A stretch of 64,000 bases of DNA from Abditibacterium sp. (GTDB lineage Bacteria; Armatimonadota; Abditibacteriia; Abditibacteriales; Abditibacteriaceae). Below are positions 27,881-36,315 of this stretch, piece after piece. Below the pieces are notes generated by a model. The model searched no databases. It saw nothing but the letters and a program-made list of their open reading frames with translations, and was not told the origin of the DNA. The stretch spans positions 3,392,001-3,456,000 of the forward strand of contig OZ251992.1 of the NCBI GenBank assembly GCA_965246885.1, given 5' to 3'. The position numbers were made by a program, and so were the translations under genes. The first letter of the stretch is position 1. Each line of letters opens with the position of its first letter.

Positions 27881-29271
27881 GCGTCTTCAGTCTGCCCGTC
27901 CAAGAATTTCTTCGCTGTTTCCGAGAAGCGGTCGCGTCCGGCGCTTAGTTCAATGAGGGGGTCGGGGTAGGACTTGGGTTTTTCGCGCGACTTCCAAGGC
28001 TCGTAGATGATGCTGTGGGGCAGGTCGGCCAATTCGGGCAGCCATCGGCGCACGTAGTCGGCATGCGGGTCGAACTTCTGGCCTTGGCTGGTCGGGTTGA
28101 AAATGCGGAAGTAGGGCGAGGGGTCTACGCCGCAGCCCGCGACCCATTGCCAGTTGCCCACGTTCTGGTTGCGGTCGCCGCAAAGGAGCAGGCCGCGAAA
28201 GATGGCCTCGCCGACGCGCCAATCTATCAAGAGGTGCTTGCACAAAAACGACGCGCAGACCATCCGCACGCGGTTTTGCATAAAGCCGGTCTGCTGAAGT
28301 TCGCGCATGCCCGCGTCCACGAGCGGGTAGCCGGTTTCGCCGCGCGTCCAGCGTTCGAGGTCGGCTTTCGAGTCCGCACCTTTCCCGTCGCGCCAAGGGA
28401 AGCCGAGCCAGTTGTCGCGGTATTCCTGTGTTGCCGACTTCGGGTGCCTGTCCAACACGTCGGCGTAAAAGTCCCACCACGTTAGCTCCGCGCGCCACTT
28501 TTCGGTGTTGGCGCGCGAAAACGCGAGGCGCGGCGACAGGGCGCCGATATTGAAGTAGTAACTCAGCTTCGAGGTCGAGTCCTCGCGTCCCGGCTCATCC
28601 CGCGTGCGCTCGTAGGTCGCCTCCCCGTTTTTCAAGAACCACTCCAGCCGTCCCAAAGCCGCGTCCTCGCCCGCGTCGGGCAGGGGAATATCGGATTTCA
28701 CGGTTGGAATATCGCCGGTTCTAATCTTCGTAGGGAGAGCCGCCATCTCCCCGGGCGCGTCGAAGAGTTCGGGCTTAGGGAGCGTCGCCCACTTCTTGCG
28801 ATAGGCGCCGAAGACGCCGTAGCGCCCGCCCTCGTTGCTCACGACTTCTCCCGGATCGTGCGTGTATTGGCCGGGGTGCGCGTGGAACTCAATGTCCAAT
28901 TCCGCGAGCATCTTTGCCGCGCGCGCGTCGCGGTCTTTGGCGTAGGGCGTATAGGTTTTGACGACATGCACCGCCGCGACATTGCCCAATTCCCCAATTA
29001 ACTCGCGCAGTTGCTCGACGACATCGCCGCGCCGCACGACCAAATCGGCGCCCAGTTCGCGGTATTTGTCGCGCAGCGCCCGCACGTTTTCCAAAAAGTG
29101 CGCTTGACGGCGCGGCGTGAGGTCGGGGCGCGCGAAGATGGCGTCGTCTATAATGACAAGCGGAACGACAACGCCGCCCGATTGCGCGAGTTCAAGGGCA
29201 TTGTAGAGCGCCGGGTGATCGTGGGTGCGCAGTTCGGTACGGTGCCAAACGAGGTGGACGGATTGAGGCAT
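27877..29271 (-). CDS. phrB: deoxyribodipyrimidine photolyase (class I-like)
   Basis: WHRTELRTHDHPAL, TSKLS, GETGYPLVDAGMREL, NRVRM, NWQWVAG, FRIFNP. Confidence 0.93.
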   Translation of the reverse strand: MPQSVHLVWHRTELRTHDHPALYNALELAQSGGVVVPLVIIDDAIFARPDLTPRRQAHFLENVRALRDKYRELGADLVVRRGDVVEQLRELIGELGNVAAVHVVKTYTPYAKDRDARAAKMLAELDIEFHAHPGQYTHDPGEVVSNEGGRYGVFGAYRKKWATLPKPELFDAPGEMAALPTKIRTGDIPTVKSDIPLPDAGEDAALGRLEWFLKNGEATYERTRDEPGREDSTSKLSYYFNIGALSPRLAFSRANTEKWRAELTWWDFYADVLDRHPKSATQEYRDNWLGFPWRDGKGADSKADLERWTRGETGYPLVDAGMRELQQTGFMQNRVRMVCASFLCKHLLIDWRVGEAIFRGLLLCGDRNQNVGNWQWVAGCGVDPSPYFRIFNPTSQGQKFDPHADYVRRWLPELADLPHSIIYEPWKSREKPKSYPDPLIELSAGRDRFSETAKKFLDGQTEDA

Positions 29272-29305
29272 GAACGAAAAACAGGCAAAGCCAACGCCAT
29301 AATCT

Positions 29306-29361
29306 CTCGCAAAGACGCGAAGGCACAAAGGATTTGTTTTGCGTCTTCGCGCTTTTGCGAG
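29306..29361. repeat. REP-like imperfect inverted repeat
   Basis: ctcgcaaagacgcgaaggcacaaa ... tttgcgtcttcgcgcttttgcgag (20/24 complementary). Confidence 0.7.
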
Positions 29362-29380
29362 GAAATATAAGTCAACTACC

Positions 29381-29409
29381 GAACTTTCCCGCTCCCAGCG
29401 CCCATCCAA
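29381..29409 (+). promoter_or_regulatory. putative ECF-sigma autoregulatory promoter GAAC-N18-CATCCAA
   Basis: Matches 4706-4734; 9 nt before ATG 29419. Confidence 0.7.
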
Positions 29410-29418
29410 AGAAAGAGA

Positions 29419-29991
29419 ATGGAACTTGTTCTGCCCCGCCCGCCGCTTCTGCTTGGCGCCGCTTCCGCCCCCTTAAGCGACGAGGCGCGTCTGCTCGAAC
29501 GGGCGCGCAGGGGCGAAGTGGGTGCGCTCGATTGCCTCCTGAACGCGCATCGCGGGCGGATTTTGAACCTGTGTTTCCAAGTTCTGCGCGTAGAAGCCGA
29601 CGCCGAGGACGCCGCGCAAGAAACCTTCGTGCGCGCTTTCTCGAAGCTCGACAGCTTTCGCGGCGCGTCGGGGTTCGGGACGTGGCTGTATCGCGTGGCG
29701 CTCAACGTCTGCTTGGAACGCCGCCGCATGGGGCGCCCGACCGAAGCGCTCAGCGACGAACTCCATGCGCCGCCGACTTCGCCCGACGAACGGTTGGCGC
29801 TTGAATGGGCGCTCGACCAACTATCTGAGCCACTGCGTCTCGCGCTCATCTTGCGCGAGTGGCACGGGCTGAGCTACGAGGAAATCGCGGGCGCGCTGCA
29901 TCTGCCCATCGGCACCGTCCGCTCGCGCTTGTCCGCCGCGCGCGAGGAGTTCCGCCGCGTATGGACGCTTTTGGAGGAGGAAGCGCAATGA
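29419..29991 (+). CDS. ECF RNA polymerase sigma factor
   Basis: AEDAAQETFVRAF...FGTWLYRVA; LSYEEIAGALHLPIGTVRSRL. Confidence 0.95.
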   Translation: MELVLPRPPLLLGAASAPLSDEARLLERARRGEVGALDCLLNAHRGRILNLCFQVLRVEADAEDAAQETFVRAFSKLDSFRGASGFGTWLYRVALNVCLERRRMGRPTEALSDELHAPPTSPDERLALEWALDQLSEPLRLALILREWHGLSYEEIAGALHLPIGTVRSRLSAAREEFRRVWTLLEEEAQ

Positions 29992-30341
29992 ACCACGCCC
30001 CCGACGAACTGCCCGCTTCGGCCCGCTCCGCGTTCGAGGCTTATCCGCACCTCGCGCCCTCCACCAGCTTCAACCGCGCGGTGTTGGAGTCGCTCGCCCG
30101 CGAACGCGCGCGCCGCAAACGCGGCCTCGTCGGGCGCATCGAAGAGTTTCTTGGCTTGGGGCTATGGAGTTTCGCCGCCTCCGGGGCGCTGGGCGCCTTT
30201 CTTCCCGCCGCCGTCTTGGGCGCCTTGATGCTGTCGGGGCACAGCGCGCCGCCCAAGCCAACGAAGCCAGAAGTGCCAGCCGCGCTGTTGGGATGGGGGC
30301 CGTTCGACCTGCGGCGCAACCGCGAGTATTTGCAAGTCTGA
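29988..30341 (+). CDS. putative anti-sigma factor (single TM)
   Basis: ATGA-coupled with GGAGG RBS; paralog of 5327..5812. Confidence 0.65.
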   Translation: MNHAPDELPASARSAFEAYPHLAPSTSFNRAVLESLARERARRKRGLVGRIEEFLGLGLWSFAASGALGAFLPAAVLGALMLSGHSAPPKPTKPEVPAALLGWGPFDLRRNREYLQV

Positions 30342-30359
30342 TTTTCTACGAGGCCATCT

Positions 30360-32450
30360 ATGAAAAAAATCCCGTTGGGCGTGAAGCTCTTCCCGCTGTT
30401 GTGGGCGCTCGCGCTCTTTTTGCCGCCCGTGCGCGAAATGGCGCGCACCATTCCCTTTTATCGGAACACGCGCAGCATTTATAACGACTCGGTGCCAGAC
30501 AACCTTCCACCGGATAACCCGACTGCCATCGAGTGGAACATGGAAGCGAGCGGCACGAGGGTGGAAGATCTCCGCGCGTTGGACGCGCTCGCGGCGCGTT
30601 TCCCGGAACAGCGATGGGTTGTCGCGGCGCGTTTGCGCCGCACGTGCGGGCTGGCGTTGTCGTTGCATCTCGATGATGGAACCGCCGCGAAGCAAGGCAA
30701 CAAGCCTTCCGTGCTGGATGCCGAGGAACTCGAACGCGCCGCGCAAGTTGCGGCGGCGGCGGGAAAACAGGAGCCGGACAACTCGTTCTGGCCTTGGATG
30801 GAAGCCTTCTTTCGCTTTGCCCTCCATCAAAACGAGGCGGGGGCGGCGTGTATGGAGCGGGCCGGAAGCGCGTCGCACTTCGATGATTACACGCAAAGCA
30901 CGGTGCGTGGGCGCGTCGCGCTGTGGAAACAGTGCGACCATCCGGCCTTTGAGGAAAAGATTGGTGTTTGGGTAGGGATTCTGTTTTCCCACTTTGCACC
31001 GATGCGCGCAACCTGTCGCGCGGCGGCGTATCAAGCCCTGCTCGCCCGCAAACGCGGCGACAACGCGCGCGCCGTGCGGCTCGGCGCCGCGATTCTGCGC
31101 GCCAACAAGGGGTTGTATGATGATTCGTGGGCAGTCATCGGCTCACTTGTAGCCCAAGCGGGCGTAATAGCGTCACTCGAAATACTCTTGGCCGAACCAC
31201 TGCCGAAGTCAGCGACGCCACCGGGCGGCGTGATACAGCACAAATCGGGAGGAGCGCCACCAATAGCAGCGATGTCGCCGGACGCCGTTGCGCAGCACAG
31301 ACAGAAACTGAAGGCGAAGTGGGCGCAGTTCGCGCGCGCCAACGGGCGTCCCGATTTGGCGACGGACGCCGATTGGATGGCTCTGCCCCCAGTGACGCAG
31401 AGCTTGGCAGCCTACTACGGACAGGCTATTTGGGCGCTGTTCGGCTTGCCACCGTCTCAAGGGCACATTGCGGCACTGGCGCCGTTGCTGCTGTTTTGGT
31501 GGTGGGCCTTTTGTTTTTCATCCGCGACGGTGTGGCTGGTGGGAGCGTTTCTCGCATGGCGCGGCAATGAGGGAGCGACCTCCTCGCGTGGGCAGGCTGT
31601 GGCCTGTGGCAACTTCGGGTTTTGGGCACTGGTGGGCGCGTTCTTTGTAGCGATTCAAAGTGGGTGGATGCCGGGAGTCTTGCTTGAATTTTGGGGGCAA
31701 TCCGATGATGCCCCGACTCAACCCACCGCGTTTTATATTTCAGTGCTCGCGCTGGCGTGTTGGCTCGTGCCCGTTGCGTTTGTGGCGTGGAAGCGCGACC
31801 GCCGCTTTCGCTGGGTGCGCCCGCTCTATCCTAAGCCCGATAACTCGCGCGCCGCGCGTCGAGGGGCGTGGATGGTGGCGGGTGTCACGGGGTTGATCGC
31901 GGCGTTGATGCTATGGGAATACCCGTCAGGTTGGCACCCGGCGGTTTTGTTTTTCGTGTGCGCCATAGTGTCGTTTGCCAGCCTCGTGCTCGCGCTCGTT
32001 TTGACGGCGGGGCGTGTAACTAAAACGTGGCCGCGCTTACGGTTAGAAGGCGCGCGCCCCGCGCGTCCGGTCGCACCGCTAACTTGGCGGATGGCGCGGG
32101 TGGGCGCGTGGTTGGGCGCGCTGTGGTGCCTCTCGTCGTCGTTGATGGCGGGGACGCTGGATTTGCCGCCGCTCGTGGCTTCGTTGCAAGTGCCGTTGGG
32201 CATCCTGCTCATCGTCGCGGCGGTATGGATGGGGCGCAAAATTGGGCGCGGCGATGGCTTCGCGTTTCGCTTGGCGACGCGCACGGCGGGGGTGTTGTCG
32301 CTTGCGGGGAGCGCCGCGTTCTTGGTGCTGGCTCTGGCGGTTTGGCCGTTGCGGGTGGAGTTGAACCATCAGCTTGACCGAAGGCTTTCGATGCGCGAGG
32401 GGGACTGGATAAAGGAGCAACTCGCGGAGTTTCCGCCCGCGCCGCGTTAA
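30360..32450 (+). CDS. large membrane protein, paralog of 5782..8127
   Basis: Shared PWMEA, HFAxMR and RGDN motifs and C-terminal ..EQL; multi-TM C-terminus. Confidence 0.8.
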   Translation: MKKIPLGVKLFPLLWALALFLPPVREMARTIPFYRNTRSIYNDSVPDNLPPDNPTAIEWNMEASGTRVEDLRALDALAARFPEQRWVVAARLRRTCGLALSLHLDDGTAAKQGNKPSVLDAEELERAAQVAAAAGKQEPDNSFWPWMEAFFRFALHQNEAGAACMERAGSASHFDDYTQSTVRGRVALWKQCDHPAFEEKIGVWVGILFSHFAPMRATCRAAAYQALLARKRGDNARAVRLGAAILRANKGLYDDSWAVIGSLVAQAGVIASLEILLAEPLPKSATPPGGVIQHKSGGAPPIAAMSPDAVAQHRQKLKAKWAQFARANGRPDLATDADWMALPPVTQSLAAYYGQAIWALFGLPPSQGHIAALAPLLLFWWWAFCFSSATVWLVGAFLAWRGNEGATSSRGQAVACGNFGFWALVGAFFVAIQSGWMPGVLLEFWGQSDDAPTQPTAFYISVLALACWLVPVAFVAWKRDRRFRWVRPLYPKPDNSRAARRGAWMVAGVTGLIAALMLWEYPSGWHPAVLFFVCAIVSFASLVLALVLTAGRVTKTWPRLRLEGARPARPVAPLTWRMARVGAWLGALWCLSSSLMAGTLDLPPLVASLQVPLGILLIVAAVWMGRKIGRGDGFAFRLATRTAGVLSLAGSAAFLVLALAVWPLRVELNHQLDRRLSMREGDWIKEQLAEFPPAPR

Positions 32451-32500
32451 ACTGGAGGTATTCAGGGCAACTTCTGGCGCGCGGGTCGCGTCGGAAAGAT

Positions 32501-34861
32501 GTGGCCCCGTCTGCCAACCCCGTTTTGCACTCGCAATTAGAAGCCCGCTCGCCCGACTCGGCGTTTCCCCCGCCCGACAACGAGGGCGCGCGCGAGGCTG
32601 TGGCGGCGCACGGGTGCGACAACCCGCGCCAAACGGTGCGCGAATTGGTTGCCAAAACCCTCCAAGCCCGGCCCCAGTCCGATGCGCTCCTGCTGGAGCG
32701 CGCTTTTGAGTTCGCGTCGGAAAAGCACGCCGAGCAACGGCGCAAAACGGGCGAGCCGTATATCAACCACCCCACCGCCGTCGCGGGCATCTTGGCCGAG
32801 CTTGGCATGGACGACGTGACCATCGCCGCCGGGTTCTTGCACGATGTCGTCGAGGACTGCGGAGTGACTTACGAGGAAATGCAAGCGCGCTTTGGCGCCG
32901 ATGTCGCGCAGTTGGTCGAGGGCGTCACCAAGCTCAAGCGCATCCAGTTCTCCACCAAAGACGAGAAGCAGGCCGAAAACCTGCGCAAGCTGTTCCTCGC
33001 TATGGCGGGCGACGTGCGCGTCATCATCGTCAAGCTCGCCGACCGCTTGCACAATATGCGCACCATCGAGGGGCACGGCGACAAGGCCAAGCAACGCGAA
33101 ACGGCGGAAGAAACGCTCCATATCTTCGCGCCCATCGCGCACCGCTTGGGCATTTGGCGCGTGAAGTGGGAACTCGAAGACCTCAGCTTCAAGCAGATAG
33201 ACCCCGAACACTACAAGCAAATTTACAAGTTCGTCCAGTCCACCCGCGCCCAGCGCGACCGGCGCGTCGAGGAGTCCACGCGCTTGCTGCGCGAAAAACT
33301 GTTGGAAGAGGGCATCGAAGCCGAAGTGAGCGGGCGCCCGAAGCACTTCTACTCCATCGCGCAAAAGATGATCAAGCAGGGCCTCAAGTTCGAGGCCATC
33401 CACGACCTTATCGCGCTTCGCATCGTGACCGACTCGCCGCGCGATTGTTATCATGCGCTGGGCGTCGTGCACGGCTTGTGGTTGCCGATTCCCGAAATGT
33501 TCTTCGACTACATTTCGCAGCCCAAGCCCAACAACTACCGCTCCTTGCACACCAAAGTGCTGGACAACAACGGCGACCTGCTCGAAGTGCAAATCCGCAC
33601 CAAAGAGATGCACCGCGAAGCGGAATACGGCATCGCCGCCCACTGGCGCTACAAGGGCGAGGGCGCGAACGAGAAGTCGTTTGGCGATCGCTTGCGCTGG
33701 TTGCGGCCCGTGCTCGAACTCAACAACGAGACGCAGGGCGACTCCAAATCGTATCTCGACTCGCTGAAGATGGACTTGGCGGCGGAGCAGGTCTTCGTGT
33801 TCACGCCCGACGCCGATGTGGTGTATTTGCCCGTCAACTCGACGCCCGTTGACTTCGCCTTTCGCGTTCACTCGGCGATTGGCGCGGGGTGCAACGGCGC
33901 CAAGGTGAATGGGCGCATCGTGCCGCTCAATTACAAGCTGCACAACGGCGACATTTGCACCATCATCACAAGCGCCAACTCCAAAGGCCCCAAGCGCGGC
34001 TGGCTCGAGTTCGTGGTGACTTCGCACGCCAAGAGCCGCATCAAAGCCTTCCTGCGCCGCCAAAGTTTCGAGGAGAACGTCCATGCGGGCGTCTTGAAGT
34101 TAGAGAAAGTCGCGCGCGCCGAACGCCTGAAACTGGGCAATATCGCCGAGTCCCCCGCCCTGAAAGCCCTCGCCAAAGAGATGGGCCAAAAAAGCGCGGG
34201 CGACCTTCTAGCGGCCATCGGCTTTGGCGAACTGTCCGCCGCGACCGTCTTGCACCGCGTGCGCGACTCGCTCGCCAACCAGCCCGCGCCCGTGCCGGAA
34301 GAGGAATTAGAAGCGCTGTCCGGCCAAGCCGCCAACCTCTTGCAAAAGCGGTCGGAAACGTTGGAGTCCGCCGCCGAGAACCTTGATCTTAGCTTCGGCG
34401 TTCCCGGCGCGCGCCAAGTGTTGGAAGTCGACCCCAACGCGACGGGCGACCTCAGTTATCACTTGTCGCGTTGTTGCGCCCCCATTGCGGGCGACGAAGT
34501 GCGCGGCTACATCACGCGCGGGCGCGGCATCTCCGTCCACCGCGCCGACTGCTCGAACCTGCGCTTCTACGAACGCCGCGAAAGCGCACGCATCGTGCCC
34601 GCCAAGTGGGGCGGTCAGGCCGAGCGCGACTTCCCCGCCCTTATTGCCGTCGAAGCGAGCGACCGCAAGGGCCTCCTCGCCGATGTGAGCGTGAAAATCG
34701 CCGAGCGCGGCATCTCGATCTCGGCAGTCAACACTTACCCCCTCAAGCGCAACCGCGCCCGCCTCAACATCGCCGTTTCCGTCGGGCAAGTGGAACAACT
34801 CGACTCCCTCATGAACGCCCTCCGCGACATCGCGGGCGTCGTGCGCGTGCATCGGGTTTAG
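32501..34861 (+). CDS. relA: bifunctional (p)ppGpp synthetase/hydrolase RelA/SpoT
   Basis: HD domain (LHDVVED, ADRLHNMRT), synthetase (RPKHFYSI, YRSLHT, EVQIRT), TGS and ACT domains. Confidence 0.97.
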   Translation: MAPSANPVLHSQLEARSPDSAFPPPDNEGAREAVAAHGCDNPRQTVRELVAKTLQARPQSDALLLERAFEFASEKHAEQRRKTGEPYINHPTAVAGILAELGMDDVTIAAGFLHDVVEDCGVTYEEMQARFGADVAQLVEGVTKLKRIQFSTKDEKQAENLRKLFLAMAGDVRVIIVKLADRLHNMRTIEGHGDKAKQRETAEETLHIFAPIAHRLGIWRVKWELEDLSFKQIDPEHYKQIYKFVQSTRAQRDRRVEESTRLLREKLLEEGIEAEVSGRPKHFYSIAQKMIKQGLKFEAIHDLIALRIVTDSPRDCYHALGVVHGLWLPIPEMFFDYISQPKPNNYRSLHTKVLDNNGDLLEVQIRTKEMHREAEYGIAAHWRYKGEGANEKSFGDRLRWLRPVLELNNETQGDSKSYLDSLKMDLAAEQVFVFTPDADVVYLPVNSTPVDFAFRVHSAIGAGCNGAKVNGRIVPLNYKLHNGDICTIITSANSKGPKRGWLEFVVTSHAKSRIKAFLRRQSFEENVHAGVLKLEKVARAERLKLGNIAESPALKALAKEMGQKSAGDLLAAIGFGELSAATVLHRVRDSLANQPAPVPEEELEALSGQAANLLQKRSETLESAAENLDLSFGVPGARQVLEVDPNATGDLSYHLSRCCAPIAGDEVRGYITRGRGISVHRADCSNLRFYERRESARIVPAKWGGQAERDFPALIAVEASDRKGLLADVSVKIAERGISISAVNTYPLKRNRARLNIAVSVGQVEQLDSLMNALRDIAGVVRVHRV

Positions 34862-34878
34862 ACGACACTCCAGACATT

Positions 34879-35514
34879 ATGCAAATTCACCTTGTCGCTG
34901 TTGAGCCTGATTTAGCCGATGCGTGGCGCAAGTTCTGTGGTGATCTCGAAGGCGTTACAGTTCACGAAGGCTCGATTTTTGATATTCGTTGTGATGCCGT
35001 CATCAGTCCCGCTAACAGTTTTGGTTTTATGGACGGCGGAATTGACCATCTTTACTCCCGCCGTTTTGGTTGGCAGGTGCAAGAACGGCTACAAGAACTC
35101 ATCCAGGAACACCATCACGGCGAGTTAGTTGTTGGCACCGCTGAAATTGTTGAAACAGATGCCTCAATTCCTTTTCTTATCGCCGCCCCAACGATGCGTG
35201 TTCCGATGATTTTGCGCGATACGGTCAATCCTTACTTGGCGGCTCGCGCGGCTTTGCTTCTTGCGAAACACGGTGTATTTCGTTCGGGCACGTTCAAAGG
35301 CACACCCGTTGCTGAAGTCGTGACAAGCGTTGCGTTTCCGGGTCTGGGGACAGGTGTGGGTCAAGTTGGCCCGGCGGTTTGCGCGCATCAAGTTCGCATA
35401 GCTATCGAAGAAGTGGTTTTGAAGGCGCGTCCTTTTCCACTAAGTTGGGCACAAGCACAGGCGCGCCACCAACAGCTTTACACCGACCGAATTCGAGACT
35501 TGCAACGAGGCTGA
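34879..35514 (+). CDS. macro domain (Appr-1-p processing) protein
   Basis: DAVISPANSFGFMDGGID, IAAPTMRVP, AFPGLGTGVG. Confidence 0.9.
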   Translation: MQIHLVAVEPDLADAWRKFCGDLEGVTVHEGSIFDIRCDAVISPANSFGFMDGGIDHLYSRRFGWQVQERLQELIQEHHHGELVVGTAEIVETDASIPFLIAAPTMRVPMILRDTVNPYLAARAALLLAKHGVFRSGTFKGTPVAEVVTSVAFPGLGTGVGQVGPAVCAHQVRIAIEEVVLKARPFPLSWAQAQARHQQLYTDRIRDLQRG

Positions 35515-35521
35515 AACTATC

Positions 35522-36247
35522 TTAATCGGAAAGCGGTGCGCCGACGACTAAGCCTTGCTTGTGCTTGATTTCAAAGACGTGTTCGCGCAGTTCGATGGGG
35601 GTGGCGCGCATTTTTCGCACGAACATGGCGCGTTGGTAGCGGCCTTCGGCGGCTTTAACCAAGCGCAGTTGGATGACGCCGGACACGAGGAACTCTTCGA
35701 CCGAGTGTTCCGCCGTGCCCATCGCTCCGGGCCAGATGTGACTGGTCATAATCGTGGTGCAACCGAGGTTGTCGTCTATCGAAAAGATGAGGTCGCGGAT
35801 GAACTCTTGCACGTCGTGGACGCGCTCGCGGTGCAAAACGAGCGGCACGATGGAGTCGAAGACGAGGCGCTTGGCGTTGATGCGGCGGATTTGCTTGCTT
35901 AAGTCGGAGATAACCTCGGCGGAGTCAATGGAGTTGTTCTTGCCTTGGCGCACCCAGTTGAAATACGGCGACACGTCCAAAAGCGTCAGCTTGCCCGCTT
36001 CGACGGGCGTGCGCAAATCCCAACCGAGCGATTCGGCGTCCTCGACGACGTGCGCCGGTTTTTCGTCAACGGAAATATAAATACCGTTCTCGCCCTGCTT
36101 CAAGCCTTCGAGGATGAACTGCGCCGAGAAAGTCGTCTTGCCGGTCCCGGGTTCGCCGGTGAGCAGATACGACTTGCCTTGCGGCAAGCCGCCCTGCAAC
36201 ATTTGATCGAGTCCCGCGACGCCCGTCGCCACGCGTTGTCTTGCCAT
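35522..36247 (-). CDS. single-domain KaiC/RAD55-like ATPase
   Basis: TGVAGLDQMLQGGLP, GEPGTGKT, RLVFDS, EEFLVSGVI, VRKMR. Confidence 0.88.
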   Translation of the reverse strand: MARQRVATGVAGLDQMLQGGLPQGKSYLLTGEPGTGKTTFSAQFILEGLKQGENGIYISVDEKPAHVVEDAESLGWDLRTPVEAGKLTLLDVSPYFNWVRQGKNNSIDSAEVISDLSKQIRRINAKRLVFDSIVPLVLHRERVHDVQEFIRDLIFSIDDNLGCTTIMTSHIWPGAMGTAEHSVEEFLVSGVIQLRLVKAAEGRYQRAMFVRKMRATPIELREHVFEIKHKQGLVVGAPLSD

Positions 36248-36315
36248 AATTATTACGGGGAGTGTAGCGAGGGATTGGCCAAATTTAAGGGACAACCCTG
36301 ACACTCTCCCACCCC

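Noticed and set aside
34471..35514. 347-aa macrodomain ORF overlapping relA
   Set aside because: The Arg-rich extension is an off-frame read of relA; the start at 34879 is preferred
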